Shown: piece by piece, positions 11,461-24,519 of the stretch
Numbering within the stretch: the first letter of the stretch is position 1
Layout: every line of letters starts with the position of its first letter
Source: Styela clava
Lineage: Eukaryota
Length of the DNA stretch: 64,000 nt
Reading direction: 5' to 3'
NCBI RefSeq assembly: GCF_964204865.1
Contig: NC_135250.1
Coordinates: forward strand, 22,320,001 to 22,384,000
The notes under the pieces: generated by a model
Told to the model about the DNA's origin: nothing
The model's database searches: none
What the model saw: the letters and a program-made list of their open reading frames with translations, nothing else
Position numbers and translations under genes: made by a program

Positions 11461-14400
11461 ATGGCAAAGTTCGTGATTGTGTTAGTATCCCTCACTTCAG
11501 TGGGAATGTTCGATTCTTGTGACAAACCCAATGTTTTCGAGTTTTCTACTGCTCTCGTCTCTGACAAACAAAATCTTGCAATACGGCAACATGTCAAGGA
11601 AGGCCAGGCAAGAGGGGCCCAGTTGGCTCTCAAGGAAACAAAGGTGTAAAAGTTGACACTGGCGCAACAGGGACATCGGTATCACTTGAAGCAAGAGTAA
11701 AACAATTAGAAGGTAAAAGTCATTTGTATCTTGAAGTACTTTTAAATTAAGAAATTTGTTATAACTTTATTTCTATGCAGCTGTGTTTAGTAAAAGAATT
11801 TACCAAATTTTTAATATTTATTGAAATAATACCAAACTGCATTTGTTAGACACCTATTAAAATTGTATTATATGAATTGCCATGTGTAGAAGTGAGATAC
11901 AAAACAAAATTAAACCGGTTTATTCAGAAAAAACAGGAAAACCCATTTTTTTTCTGGTTGTTGTAAATAAACGTTATTAAAAATAATTAACTCGAATTAG
12001 TCTTTTTTATTGCACCTATATGCTCTGTTTTACAGATACAATTATCATGATGAAGAAAGTAATCACACCGAATCGGAAACGTAAGAATTTATATATTTAT
12101 TCTAGCTATTTTAAGGGTACTTATACTATATTATTAAAAACGACTATACTAAGTCGTGAGCAAAATGTGATAGACAAAGATGGCTGCCGGCATTTACAAA
12201 TTGGTTTAATGATAGGCATAAAAATTGATGTCAATATTTTGAATAGAATATCTTCTATAAATATGTTTTTGCGATGACCACTTACTTACAAGTTCCAAAA
12301 ACATCTCTAATCAGAAAATCTGAATTTTCTTTAAAATTTCTAAAAAAGCAAATTCATCAAAGCATTTCTTTCAAAATCAAAATTTTCGAGATGCAAAATT
12401 TGTTGAAATGCAAAAATGTTTGAAAATGAAAACTGAAATAAATCACATCAAATTACTGACAATCGTAGTATTAATAAAAATTCCGAAATGGTCTGATGAT
12501 CGCGTAATATATCAAATATTTCTCAAAGTCGAATTTTGCGCAATGGGCATGAAGTCAAGAGACATTGCGGATGCAGATATTTCAACCTCTTCCGATTGGG
12601 AAAGTTTTCATCATGGACAATATGGAAGATTAAATGAACAGCCTGCATCAAACCCAACTTCTTATGGAGCATGGATTTCTCGAAAACGTGAGTTTTAAAT
12701 TTTTCAATAAGTGAGTAAAATGCGATTATTATCCTGTCTTGATATCGCCAGAATATGCAGTCCTAGGCTTACCATAAATCTGAAACAAAAAACCGGGACG
12801 GTGCGATTTGGCAAACATTCGGTCGATTGCCAGTCTTAATAATATTGGAACGTCTGCCATGCCATTGCGGGTATATACGGCTGTGAATCTCTACTGATCA
12901 TTGAATTAGAAAAAACACAAAAAATTAGTTTTCATCATTCATTTAGACCAAAAGTATTAGTCCGCAGATCCGCCTTTCTCAAAAATTCTTGTTTTGATTT
13001 TGTCATAAAACTGATAACAAGAGACATCACCATTAAATTTGCAGGTTACGGAGTGGTTTTATACTTTCTTCTGGAATTCTGCACCTGCTTTCGGACCAAA
13101 ATTTTTTAACAATGGAAAAAATCCTTTCAACAGATGCCGATGTTCCGAAAAACAAAATCAACTCATTTGCTGCAAATTCGAAATGCTAATATTTCTGTTA
13201 GAAAAACGTTAAACATCTCTGTCCACTTAATTTCAACCGGCAAAGTAAGTCAAATTGCATTTGAACCATGCTCATATAAATATCTCTTCATCAGTATTCG
13301 TCGAAAAGTGCATCGCTATTCAAAACCTGATCAGCTAACCAAACATATCATTTATCAATTTTGCAGACCAAACACTTCAGTCCAGTTTATTTCACTCTTC
13401 AAACTTGTCAATATGTGTGGCCTGGCAGCATTGTAGGCTTCATCGTGCAGCTCAATATACGATAGACATTTCTCGTAAAAATCGCAAACATTCTTTTTAA
13501 ATACAAATTTTTTCCCTGCAAATTTAGCTTCACCTCCGACAGAATATTTGCAACATCTACGGCAGGGGTCGGCAACTTTTTGTCGCCCGCGGGCCAAAAT
13601 TAAGGGTTGCGAGTCATTGGCTGGCCGCACATATTTTTAGAAAGTTGAAACTGAACGGATGATACTTTTTATATTAAAAACCAAGCAGTGATACATCCAT
13701 CTCTCGAATAAAATATAGATTTATTTCCTGTCAAAAATGTCAAAACATTCCATTTGAATATTTTCAGCGCCATTGAACCCTTTGCACTTAGCATCAACTT
13801 TTCTGCGTTTTGTTGCCATTCGAGCTTGAAGTAAATCATCATTAAATTCAGAGGAGAACAGCGGAGCAATGCACCAACTCTCATTTATTTCTGGCTAAAC
13901 GTGCAAAATCAGCGAATCCGCTTATCAGACAGCGGACATCAGAAATTCTAACTGTGTATATTTACAAGTTAATGCAAATTTAGCCTCAAAAAAATTTGAA
14001 ATTAATTCAGAGGTGCAGTCAAAACTTTGGTCATGAAGAGCAGTGTGATAGGTAAATGTCGGCTGCCAACGACACAGAATCATCCGAATTTGTTATCGCA
14101 AATTGGACAGTCGAGTCGATGCTCAATGTTTTGTGCTTCCTGCTTTGGATATGATCGTTGACATCTGAACGTCCGCCTTGACTAATAGAAAAACAGATCT
14201 GCAATGCGTACAGTGTACATTTGAACCTTTCCTCCTTCAGTTTGCTTCAAATAAGGAAAATCTTTCTTCAACTCATCAGAAAACTTGTACTTTCTTTTTG
14301 GCATTTCGACAACTTAACGACATTGCAGTTAACGCCAGAAAACGCATTAAAACATATATATACCAATTGTGACAAAACAATAGAGCGATTTCTCTCTCTG

Positions 14401-15345
14401 AACTAGCAAAGTGTGTCGCAAAACAGTGGTAAATGGGCTGTCACCGTTAAAAAAAAAATTGTAATAAGGTTGAATTTGAATTTTTTACCCAAGAAAACCG
14501 TGCTGACAAACCGGGACATTTGAGTCAACCGGCCGGGACGCCGGGACAGCTTGTCAAAACCGGGACTGTCCCGGCTAAACCGGGACGTATGGTAAGCCTA
14601 TGCAGTCCATGAGTATCGATGCAGTGTTTTTATGATAGAAGAGATCAATGCTTAAATATATGGGACACAAAAACCAAAATGAAGTAGCCTAGTACGGGTA
14701 ATAAATCTTTTACAGTACCGGCACCGTGTTTCGCGACTTCGACTGACCACCAGATCGCTACGATTTCCAACGCGGAACCGCCACAAACGCAATTTTTAAT
14801 TTTGATGGCGTCATCACCCACAGGAATTTTGCAAATAAATAAAAGTAACTGCCTTCATGCGACAACAACAGTCTCTAACCACTGCAATGTCAGTGCAATT
14901 GGTCTAGCTAGTAGTTGAAGGGAAAAGCGATTTTTTTCACGAAACGAATACTAAAAACAACAACAACATAATAACAAAACGATATATAATACTTGAAATG
15001 TAAAAGAAAATCTCGCATCAATTTATACTAATTGTCGAATCATGTTTTTGTTTTTCGAACGCTGGGTTGAAAGTTATGATCAATGGGTGACTTCGTATAA
15101 AATCAAGTGTGGAAATTCTACAGACAGTCCAAACCATCATGGAAAATAATCAAGAGAAGGTAGGCACATTTTGTTGTAGGTTTAAACATCTAATTCTGTA
15201 TTTAACGTTGTATTTAATATACTTTACCAGGTATTTCCGGGAAATATTGACCGAAATACTAAAGTCACAAATATATTTCCCAATCCAGTGCTTTGCCGCT
15301 ACGTGCGACTCTATCCACAGCGTTGGCATGTGCATTTGAGCAGTA
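11461..15345 (+). pseudogene. Secreted collagen-neck-discoidin (F5/8 type C) protein pseudogene, copy 1
   Basis: Exon 1 (11461-11712): hydrophobic leader, then after a frameshift CQGRPGKRGPVGSQGNKGVKVDTGATG and LEARVKQLE. Exon 2 (12529-12687): EFCAMGMKSRDIADADISTSSDWESFHHGQYGRL...GAW. Exon 3 (to 15159): YDQWVTSYKIKCG...ENNQEK. Exon 4 (from 15231): VFPGNIDRNTKVTNIFPNPVLCRYVRLYPQRWHVH. Exons 1 and 3 are frameshifted and the VDL...TQGR segment is missing. Confidence 0.8.
12764..14600 (-). mobile_element. Internally deleted hAT DNA transposon (1837 bp), unit 1 only
   Basis: 13-bp TIRs TAGGCTTACCATA/TATGGTAAGCCTA, a perfect 8-bp TSD TGCAGTCC (12756-12763, 14601-14608) and CCGGGAC subterminal repeats; the empty site is near 28143. 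The - strand carries remnants MPKRKYKFSDELKKDFPYL, CTHCRSVFSISQGGRSDVNDH and the hAT C-terminal motif GTSASVERIFSIVKKFWSE. Confidence 0.92.
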
Positions 15346-16097
15346 AATTTTCGTTGTTAGAATTTTGTTATTCCAATACTCTATGGCCAACTTTTGATCT
15401 TATCTTGACTTGTTGTGATGTCATGGGTACTGCTAGATAACCACTAGACTGAAATGTCATAAACCCTTATACCGTAAAGAGAAAAACTTAAGTTTAACAC
15501 AGCACAGTACGAGACAAGCGCAGCGGAATCGAGAGAAATAGAGAACCATGCGGACAGGAAGAAGCCCAAGGCAATTATGAGAAAACAATTATGACGTCAT
15601 AAACCCAAATCTAGTTACGGTTGACAACCGACGAATCGATGAGAATCAATGAAAATGTTTCATGAAACGCTAATTCTCCTAATAATTCTTATTAAAAATA
15701 AGATGGCACGCAAAGACGCTTGATTATAGACGCTTGCCATGAATGTTAACCATTTAAACCAAGGGTCGACAATTACTTTTTAATCGCGACTCGGAAAGGA
15801 ATTTCAAAATTTCGCGACCTAAACCTCCGTTGGTTACTGGATACAACAAAATTCACTGGTTTATGTTTATTGAACTTCATAGAATAAACTATGATATAAT
15901 TTATCATACAGCCAATCCATTTGAAAAAACAACTTTACTTTTTAACCAATCTATATTGCTTCCATCCCTTCAAACGGCTTTTTACAACTATTACCATTTC
16001 GTGCGTTTTGTCATACTGAACCGCAAGAACAGAACCAACTGAATTATGCATCATATTATTTATTTATCATACGTTTCCATTCATGAAAAAATGCATT

Positions 16098-19000
16098 TCA
16101 TTCATTTATGTTCCAATCTTGTTTTATCATGTCCGATGCCTTCCGTCCAATCATGTAACACGGAGCTTGGGTGTTAGATGACGTCACATGGGGCATGACT
16201 GATGCATCGGCGACTCTTAGACCCTCAACATGCCGGACCCTTCACAACAAAATAAAGAGGTAAATAATGCGGACCGCTCCAACAAAAATACTAAACCATG
16301 TAGTAAATAAGGACTCTGTGTTTATTGAATCGACATAAAATTGTATAGAGACATACACAAGTTCAGTTATGATAACTTTGTCATAGTTTGATTGTAAATA
16401 ACCGATATATATCAAAAATAAATGATTGACCTACCTAAGTCTTTCGTCAACAACTGCCATTTCATCGTCTTCTTGTCCTATTTTAGCAGTACAACATGCG
16501 TGTGCTGCATATCCAAAACTTTCAACGTAACATCGATAAAATTCATCGGGCCTTGAAAATAAATTTTTGTTAGGGTAGTGGTTTAGTGTCAGTAGATTTA
16601 TTAATTGTTTGAAACATGGCACATGAATAACTAATTGTTAAATTCAGTTTTTCATTCATTCAGTAGTTATTTTATAAAGAAAGCATGATGAACTTGGATT
16701 CAATATTTACTTGCAGTTTGCTGTCACGCTAATATATTGTTCATCCATCCAATGCAAAACCAAGACGGTTTTTACTTTTTACTGAATCGTCTTCTATAAA
16801 ATTTTGCCATGCTTTACTCGCTGTTGCATAGATGTAAGTGGATGGATACTTCACAAAACCCTAAAAATTTTCAACAGCAGCAGGCGCAGATATTACGTGG
16901 GAGAAATATTACCTGGGAGGGTTAGTGTAGAGCGATCCATTGCATACTTCAGGTGTTATCATCCTAAATCCAATTTCTTTCATTGTTTTTGTCATTTCGA
17001 ACTCTTCAAGCTTTCTAAATCCTAAAAAAAGGATTTGATAAAAACTACGTTGAAACACCAGAAAGGCAAGATTTTATGCGTTTATTGCATGTATGCAAGA
17101 GATCCTAACTACTTCATTTCTTGTTTCGCGCAATTTTGACTTGCAGGAAAATTTGCTCGTGATTGAGCGTGCCAAATTGTTGTTGCCAGACCCGAAAAAT
17201 TCTTTTTATACTATACCATTGCAAAATTTTTGGTGCTTATTTTAAGAGCGGTTTCGCGGGTTGGGTTTCCTCCTTTTTTTTTTTTTATCTGTGTTGAGCC
17301 TGTGATTAAATTGATTACTGCAATTAAATTAAAACTCCTACGAAAACGAAATGATTGAGTTCTTAATTCATACATAAATTTCCGAAACAAAACTAAAAAA
17401 TAACCAATGGCATGCAAAAAACATAATATGATGGAATGTTCACAACCATGCCTGAAAATATCTGAATGAATGACAAAAGTGTTTGAGCGGCTGCTAAAAC
17501 ATCTATTGTTATGTCACTTTTTGTATCTTTCTGATTAGCCAATGTTACGGCAGTCAATGATCAGGGTTAAATATTCATTGTTTTTCTTGTTAGTATTGTA
17601 CTTCTCTTTGTCGTAGTGAAAACATCGATTTTCTCATTACCTACTAAACTAATTACTTTGAAATTTTCAGTGGTGAAAGAATTACTTTCATTTATTTCAA
17701 ATATCTCTTTGGGCTCTATGTGATTTGTTATTCAACTCGAAATTTTATGTGGTGATTTCTTGAAAATTGATGAAATTATTTGTATCGGTTGTGAGACCTC
17801 TCTCGTGCTACTCTTAGCGGAAGTAGGAAGTTTTTCGACCGTAAAGTACAATGGACTAGGTAAGGTATTGCGTAGAGTAAGGCAGACTACTGCAGACTTT
17901 GGCTTCGTGGCCATTTAATTGAGCATCGTTCTCTTTGTCTTTTCTTTTTGGGAGATTTGGGAGATGTGACCACAAGGAACCAAGCTTGTCCAGTAATCCA
18001 AGTGTCAATTATGGTTTTTGCATTTGGAAATTAAAATACAGACATGCGAGTATTCATGCCATTTGTCAAATGGGCGTTTTATAATAGAGAGAGAGATTTA
18101 CTTTTCGTCAATCAGAAATATGAGCATTGCAACAATTAAAAGATATACCACAACATACGCAAAGTTTTTCAGTATAGACTGGGGGATGCGATACGGCCTA
18201 ATACATTTAGAGCCTCAACCTTAATTAATCCGACACAGCAAGTTGGGGAACAGTATTTCACGCCATTGCCATCTACTGGGTAGTACGTACAGTATAAATA
18301 TTATATTTGAAGAATAGTTTCATTATTTCAAATAGATAGATATATGAATGTATTGGTCTCGGATTAGATTTACCTTCTATGTGCATCTTTATATCATCTT
18401 CTTCCGACAGATAATTTGGATCAATAATAGGCTGATCAAAAGGATTCGTCGACTTTAATCGAATTTCACCTTTTGATTTGGGATGCTGAACTCCTATTAT
18501 CGAATAGGTATAAAACGTATGCTAAAAATAAAAGCAGTTGCAATATAAGATAAAATGTTATGGTTGAACGGTGGTACTTCATACTCCGTGGAAGCACATA
18601 TATATTCCTGAAATGCCAGATTCCTCCCTTTCTTCATGTTCGTAGTACAATCTTGATATAAGTCCTTTACTGTACAAATTTCAGATTTTGTCAAGATCTC
18701 TCGTTTTATTGAATCAAATACAGTACATGAAGATCAATAATGAGTCATAAAACTAAAAGCAGGTTTGTACCATTTGCATCTAATAACGTCAACATTATGA
18801 ATTTATAAACTTGATATTGGACTTTAAAATATTGTATTTGGCTGATTTCAATTTTTTTTAATAAAGACAGAAAGAGCAGTTCAAAGCATTGAAATTGAGA
18901 AATTGAAATCTGAAAAGCTCTCATATATAATAATGAATTTCTTACGTTTTCTTTAAACTTGAAAACCAAAGATAATTTTCCTGAGGCGAAAAGTACTTGA

Positions 19001-22000
19001 ATACTAGGAAATGGCCGTTTTCTTAAAAAAAGGTATGTTTATTTTGCATATCAAAAGTTTTTATTTGTTTAATTTTGACAGATTGGCCCAAACGAAGCTC
19101 AACAAAAAACGCATCCATGTTTTAGCCCCTCGCACAATAAACACATAAAAGTATTTTTTGTAAGTTATCGTATCCGCCATAGTTTATACATTGTGAATTG
19201 TTATGTTCGTTAATTAATTTGAGTTTTTTGATCGGAAAACTTAGTAATGTATTAGGAAAGGGTTTCAAAATTTTGTATCTTGAATGCAAAATTATTCTGA
19301 GTTCTCTTATTAAAAAGTTATTCATGATCCAAATTATTATAGGCCTATTGGCTAGTTTAAATTTTTTCAGCAACACAAATGATGCGCAAAATATATAGAA
19401 ATGGTAGCAATATTTGAATACATTTACAAAGCACATAGTTTCTAAAAAATTCTTTTCAAGTTGCTTTGTAAAATATTTTGCTACAATTTGCTTACTTGCT
19501 GCTTAGAGTTACGTTAGTTCCAAAATACTTAGTCTTATGATGAAGCACGATACTGCCACCCACGACTGCTGAGTTGTGTCCGGTACCGTTCATGACGTAT
19601 TCCGTGATAGATTCCGGTGTCTAAACATTGGTCTCAATTTAATTTGCGATATGTGACATTGCTCCTCTCCCACAGATATCTAAACTGTAGTTATCAATTC
19701 CACAATATCTGCGAAATACTGCTTAACTTACCATATCTGTTGCAATCCGGCTGTCGTTTGTAGCGTGATAGACGAAGTGCCCAAAATGATCCTGAAAATT
19801 AGCTCCCACGCCTGGCAAATCCCTCACAACTTCTATCTGGAAGGCAAAAACACTGCAGTCTGACATTGAAATTTGTGTCATGGTTTACGATTTTAAGGTA
19901 TGTTTTACCAAAGTCTTGTGTTTACTTTTTAAAAAAATAGTCAAATATTCGTAGTGAAATATTTGTAGATATTTCAGAGCTTAAGAATCTTTCGATAAAT
20001 AAGCTATTGACACAACACGAATCTCCCACATGATTCTTTTACACAGATATAAAAGATCAAGGTATCAGCGCTATTCTAAAAACAGCTTGAAGCTTAGAAA
20101 AATAAGTCAATAAAAACAATTAATTTTATGATAAACGCAAGCTGTCTCGGAGCGACCAAAATCTTTTGTTTCCATCTCCCATCTGAGCAAGCATTTGTTT
20201 CATATATAAGTAAAAGTTTTTCGCTCAATTTTTTGAACAATTTTTCACGGATATTTAAAACTATAGATAAAACATATATTACATTTTAATTCTTTTTCCG
20301 CAAATGTTATGAAAGTAAGAGTCTACCTCCATCTCTTCAAGATGATTTTTCGGGCCGATCCCCGACAACATCAATATTTGTGGAGTTCTCAGTGCACCAG
20401 CTGATAAAATTATTTCCTTTCTGGCTCTAACGTTGCTTATTTTTTCATTTTTTATGAAACTTACGCCTGTAGCTTTTTGTTTACCGCTTTTTTCCAGTAA
20501 CAAAGTGAATCTTGCTTACAAGTGCATTTGTTACAATGTGCAAACTTCTTTGTCTATAAGAAATATATTCGGATTTTATACTCTGTGCCAATAATTTGCA
20601 AAATAAACACAAGCTTCAAGTATTTAGTCCAAATCAATTTGCATTCGAATATTTAAGAATTAAAATAATTAGATACCTAAAAAATACAAGTTTGTATCGA
20701 AATTGTGCGAGCTTTTTACGATCTTACAATAAAGCTGCTTTCTGAAAACTTAAAAATTGTATTCAGTCGTTACGGAATTTCAAATTGCGTTGGGTAAAAT
20801 AAACTACCTGAGTGAAATGAAATATTGGATACGTAAGGTTTTTGAAAGTAACTCAATGTGTTGTAACTCGATGTATATTTTTTATACGATCTACACGTTT
20901 TACCGTTCTTTATATCCCGATCGCAAAAACGCGTCTGAGGACGATTGTCTTAGTCCCTTGTATATCTGGTGCAAATAAGTGAAGATATACCATCAATTTC
21001 ATCAACATAGTCAACTTCCTTTATACCTTTGTATATGAAAAAACGTAAATACATTTCCGAATTTTCCAACTTTATACATATTATTTAAAGATTAAATCCT
21101 AATTAGATACAGCTGCTCATCTGTCTGTTTCATTTTTTTAATACGTCCTCACCGATTTCTTTTGCCGCCGTCTTCAATTTTGCAGTAAAGAGATTTTCGT
21201 ATGAAATGCTGATATTTAGTAAACCTCCTCTTCCGACTTTTTCTGATATTTTGTCATCGACGGCGTTTTCATTTTTTCTAAAAATAGGCTCGACATCTTT
21301 CCAACTCCATCCCTTTGCTCCATGATCTTCCCAAGAATCATAATCATGTGAACTTCCTCTCAAGTAACCCATGGCATTAATTGATGTTGATCCACCGAGA
21401 ATTTTTCCTCCGCCATATTTTGCATTCTAACAAAAGACATACACTTCAGACATACATTTTAGTTATAAGCGCGTTTCAACTTACTACGTTTTGGATGCCG
21501 AACTGGAAATATTGATATTACGGTACTTTCAAAAACCTGCGGAATCCTATCCCGGTGCGAAGTGTAAAACACATAAAAAGAAGCAATTAAAGGAGGTAGT
21601 TGTTATTTTGCCTCTTTTTTGCATACGAACTTTCAGTGTGCCGGCAGGTGTGTGCACATCATATACCTCGGAATTACTCCGCAGTGGAAGCTTACACAGA
21701 GCCTTGTTATGATTGGAAGGTTAAAAACAAAATGTATCTATCTTGATTACCTTTCCTATTTCAAGCAACGAATATTTTTGTTTGGCCATGTCGTAGTTCC
21801 AATTATAAGGAGATTGTTGCAACATGCCATATGTCATCGCACTGGGAACTAAAGGATTGTTGTAATCTGAGTCACCCGCTTCCAATATCAACACTCTGAA
21901 CACAATAAAAATTGTTGATGAATGGAAAGTTATCTAGAACAACACTCATGAATTCCGTTTTACTCCGTATTCATATTAGATTCTGTAGTAGAGCAAGTTA

Positions 22001-23549
22001 AAAAAATTGGAACAAGATATCATGGTACATATAGTATATACCAGGGTGGTCCAAACCCAGGCCCGCGGGCCACTTGTGGCCCGCAGCTTCATTTCTGTGG
22101 CCCGCGTCGCATTTGCAGAGTAATCATTATTGTGTTGTTTCGTCATAAAATTAACCAGAAAAATCTTATGACATCTTGTTACAGCAATAATGTCACTGAA
22201 ATTGACTAGTGTTATGGCTAGCTGAGGCAACTGACGAAGTTGAATGATGGGCTTGGCAGTCTAAATTGTTATCTGGCTTCATATCGTTTTGGTCAGGAAT
22301 ATATGCTAACAATTTTGGCATCATAGAAAACTTAAAATCGAATGCGGATTCTATAGGCCTAGGTTGGCGCTATGCCTGATAACTAAATATTAATGTTATG
22401 GCCGAACAATATTAGGCCATAACATTATGGTCTTACAACTCATGCCTGGTGTTTTTTTCAACCAGCCTAAATAGTATTACAAAAAATGTTGTTTATATAT
22501 CTGAAAGTTTATCAATTACCATTTTGTACCTCACATTGTGTAATCAATCAATCTGTAGTTATAAATATATAAGTTATTTTGTAAACATGAGTTTGAGAAT
22601 GAAATCTGACGAATTCAAACAAATTTTTAACTGGATGTGGGAGGAAAAATACCACAATTCTTTCTTGATATGTCTGCAAGTTGTGTCGGTGAAAAAAACA
22701 ATTTAATTTTAAACGGCATTCTGAAATCTTGTGAGCAATGAGGATTTTCCAAAGTTAAGATTTTGCATTGAAAATCTATCGATGTTCGAAAGCACGTACA
22801 TATGCGAAAGCATTTTTTTCCGTAATGAAGAGTTTGAAATCATGCAATAAAAGTAGAAGACTTTTGCAGGTTTTAGTTAATTTTTGTGGTGGTTTTGCAT
22901 GGGTTTTGCATAACCGAACTCACATATTTAAAAAAATATATAAATGAGGCAAAATTTTGCGAGTATGCAGAACATACCGTTTTCATTTCACTCGTTTATT
23001 ATTACATCTATATTCATAAATTGTTAGGAAATGTTGGATGCAAAAGCTCATTGAAAATATGCAATAAGTTGAGTAAAAAATGGTTGTTTCTTGAAATATT
23101 TTCTCCACAGTAATGAAACATTTAAGTTTCTTTCAATTCTCAATCATAATACAATGCTTACGTCATCCCAGTTTTGTCTGAGAGTCCTCTCGCAACCACA
23201 GCTCCAGATGCACCTGCCCCAACTACAAAAAAGGAAGAAAATTTATTGGTTTCCAAGATGACTGAGTTATGCATATTGTACTGTGTCTCTATAAAAAATT
23301 TTGCAACTGACAAAGAGTTATTGAAGTCGTATACACGAATACTTGAGTAATGATAATAATAATAATCCTCAAGCCCCACCATATATTACTCTCGTACCTG
23401 AACAAACGCTTTTTGTGCTTCAGATAAATCAATGATCACTCACCAACAATAAAATCGTATTCTTCCGATACATCGTTCGTTATCATCGGGTCGTACGACT
23501 TCCGTGCTAGTAGAGTCAATAGCAGAGCGACTAATGTTGACTTGATCAT
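16098..23549 (-). pseudogene. GMC oxidoreductase copy 2, chimeric and frameshifted
   Basis: Same exon layout as the other copies. A +2 (AT) insertion at about 20961-20965 in exon 5 gives AGA TAT ACA AGG GAC TAA, and an extra T at 20488-20493 shifts exon 6. Confidence 0.85.
22042..22902 (+). mobile_element. Right-truncated copy of the intron-2 hAT derivative
   Basis: Left end and interior match 5181-6040; the right TIR is removed by a deletion joining near 22910. Confidence 0.75.
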
Positions 23550-24519
23550 TTTCAATAATTTGCCTAATTTTGCATAACTTTAGCGAAAAAAATTAAACAA
23601 AATATTTTTACACGTTTATGATACAACTGTCAGTATCACAAATAGAGAAACGAAATTGGGCATTTTGGTGATTATGCCAATAATGTTAATCATTCTATCA
23701 TCTGTTTATCCCAATAAATTCGAAAATGAAATACATATCCAACATTTAATGATGCCAGACTTATAATGCGAGGATGATGTAGGAAGAATGTAGACAAGTA
23801 TAGTGATTCTAGAGTCTTGCTGCACTTCTACCGTTCTAGCATTTAATTTATGCGCGCCTGGACTTCATCGCTAGCATGCCTTTTCTAACTTTTGTCGAGC
23901 ATCGTCATGCACTCCTGATCAAATAATACACACACATATTGCATTGCGCTACAACCTGTTATTTAGCGCTTAATTATATGCCTCGGGGTTTGATGCCTCT
24001 AAAACATCTCATCGAATAAGAATGGAATGAAAACACGTGACACTAAAGTTGCAAGTTACAAATTTCGTCATAGTCAAACCAATTATTTTAAGCTACGGCA
24101 GTTCACCTCCTAGCATCGTTACCGGTACCCTGTGTAGTCGAGTTGTCTATGAGATTTGTCCGTTTAATCGAGTTGTCCGTGTGGTGTAGCCGAGTTTTTC
24201 GGATTCCGATATGACTACTGGTAAGTTACGGCGTATGATTTTCGAAGAATGGATGATAAAGTATTTAGTTTTGCATTCCGTGTCCACATATTTGAGCATA
24301 GCTCTCTTGTATTCATATACATTCATTATATGCACCCAATTTCCTGTACCTTCCCAGTCTTTAGCAGAGCCTGTGCAAATGATACAATAAGTTTTTGCCT
24401 TGAAAATATACGAACAAATTTGGAATCACCGCGAAATAATAATCTTTGTTGCGTCAAAATGATTTGTATTGTATGTTAATTTAATGATATTATTTTGAAG
24501 CAAGTAGAAACAAGCGATC

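Noticed and set aside
9094-15345. Trans-spliced operon of the scramblase-like and collagen-discoidin genes
   Set aside because: They are co-oriented and about 0.9 kb apart, but nothing in the sequence shows polycistronic transcription and the downstream gene is dead.
15340-15830. Interspersed element truncating the discoidin C-terminus
   Set aside because: Protein similarity stops abruptly here, but all units that reach this point carry the segment, so no empty site, TIR or TSD could be defined.
20488-20965. The +2 and +1 insertions in GMC copy 2 as compensating frameshifts
   Set aside because: They sum to 3, but a TAA occurs a few codons after the +2 insertion, before the frame is restored.
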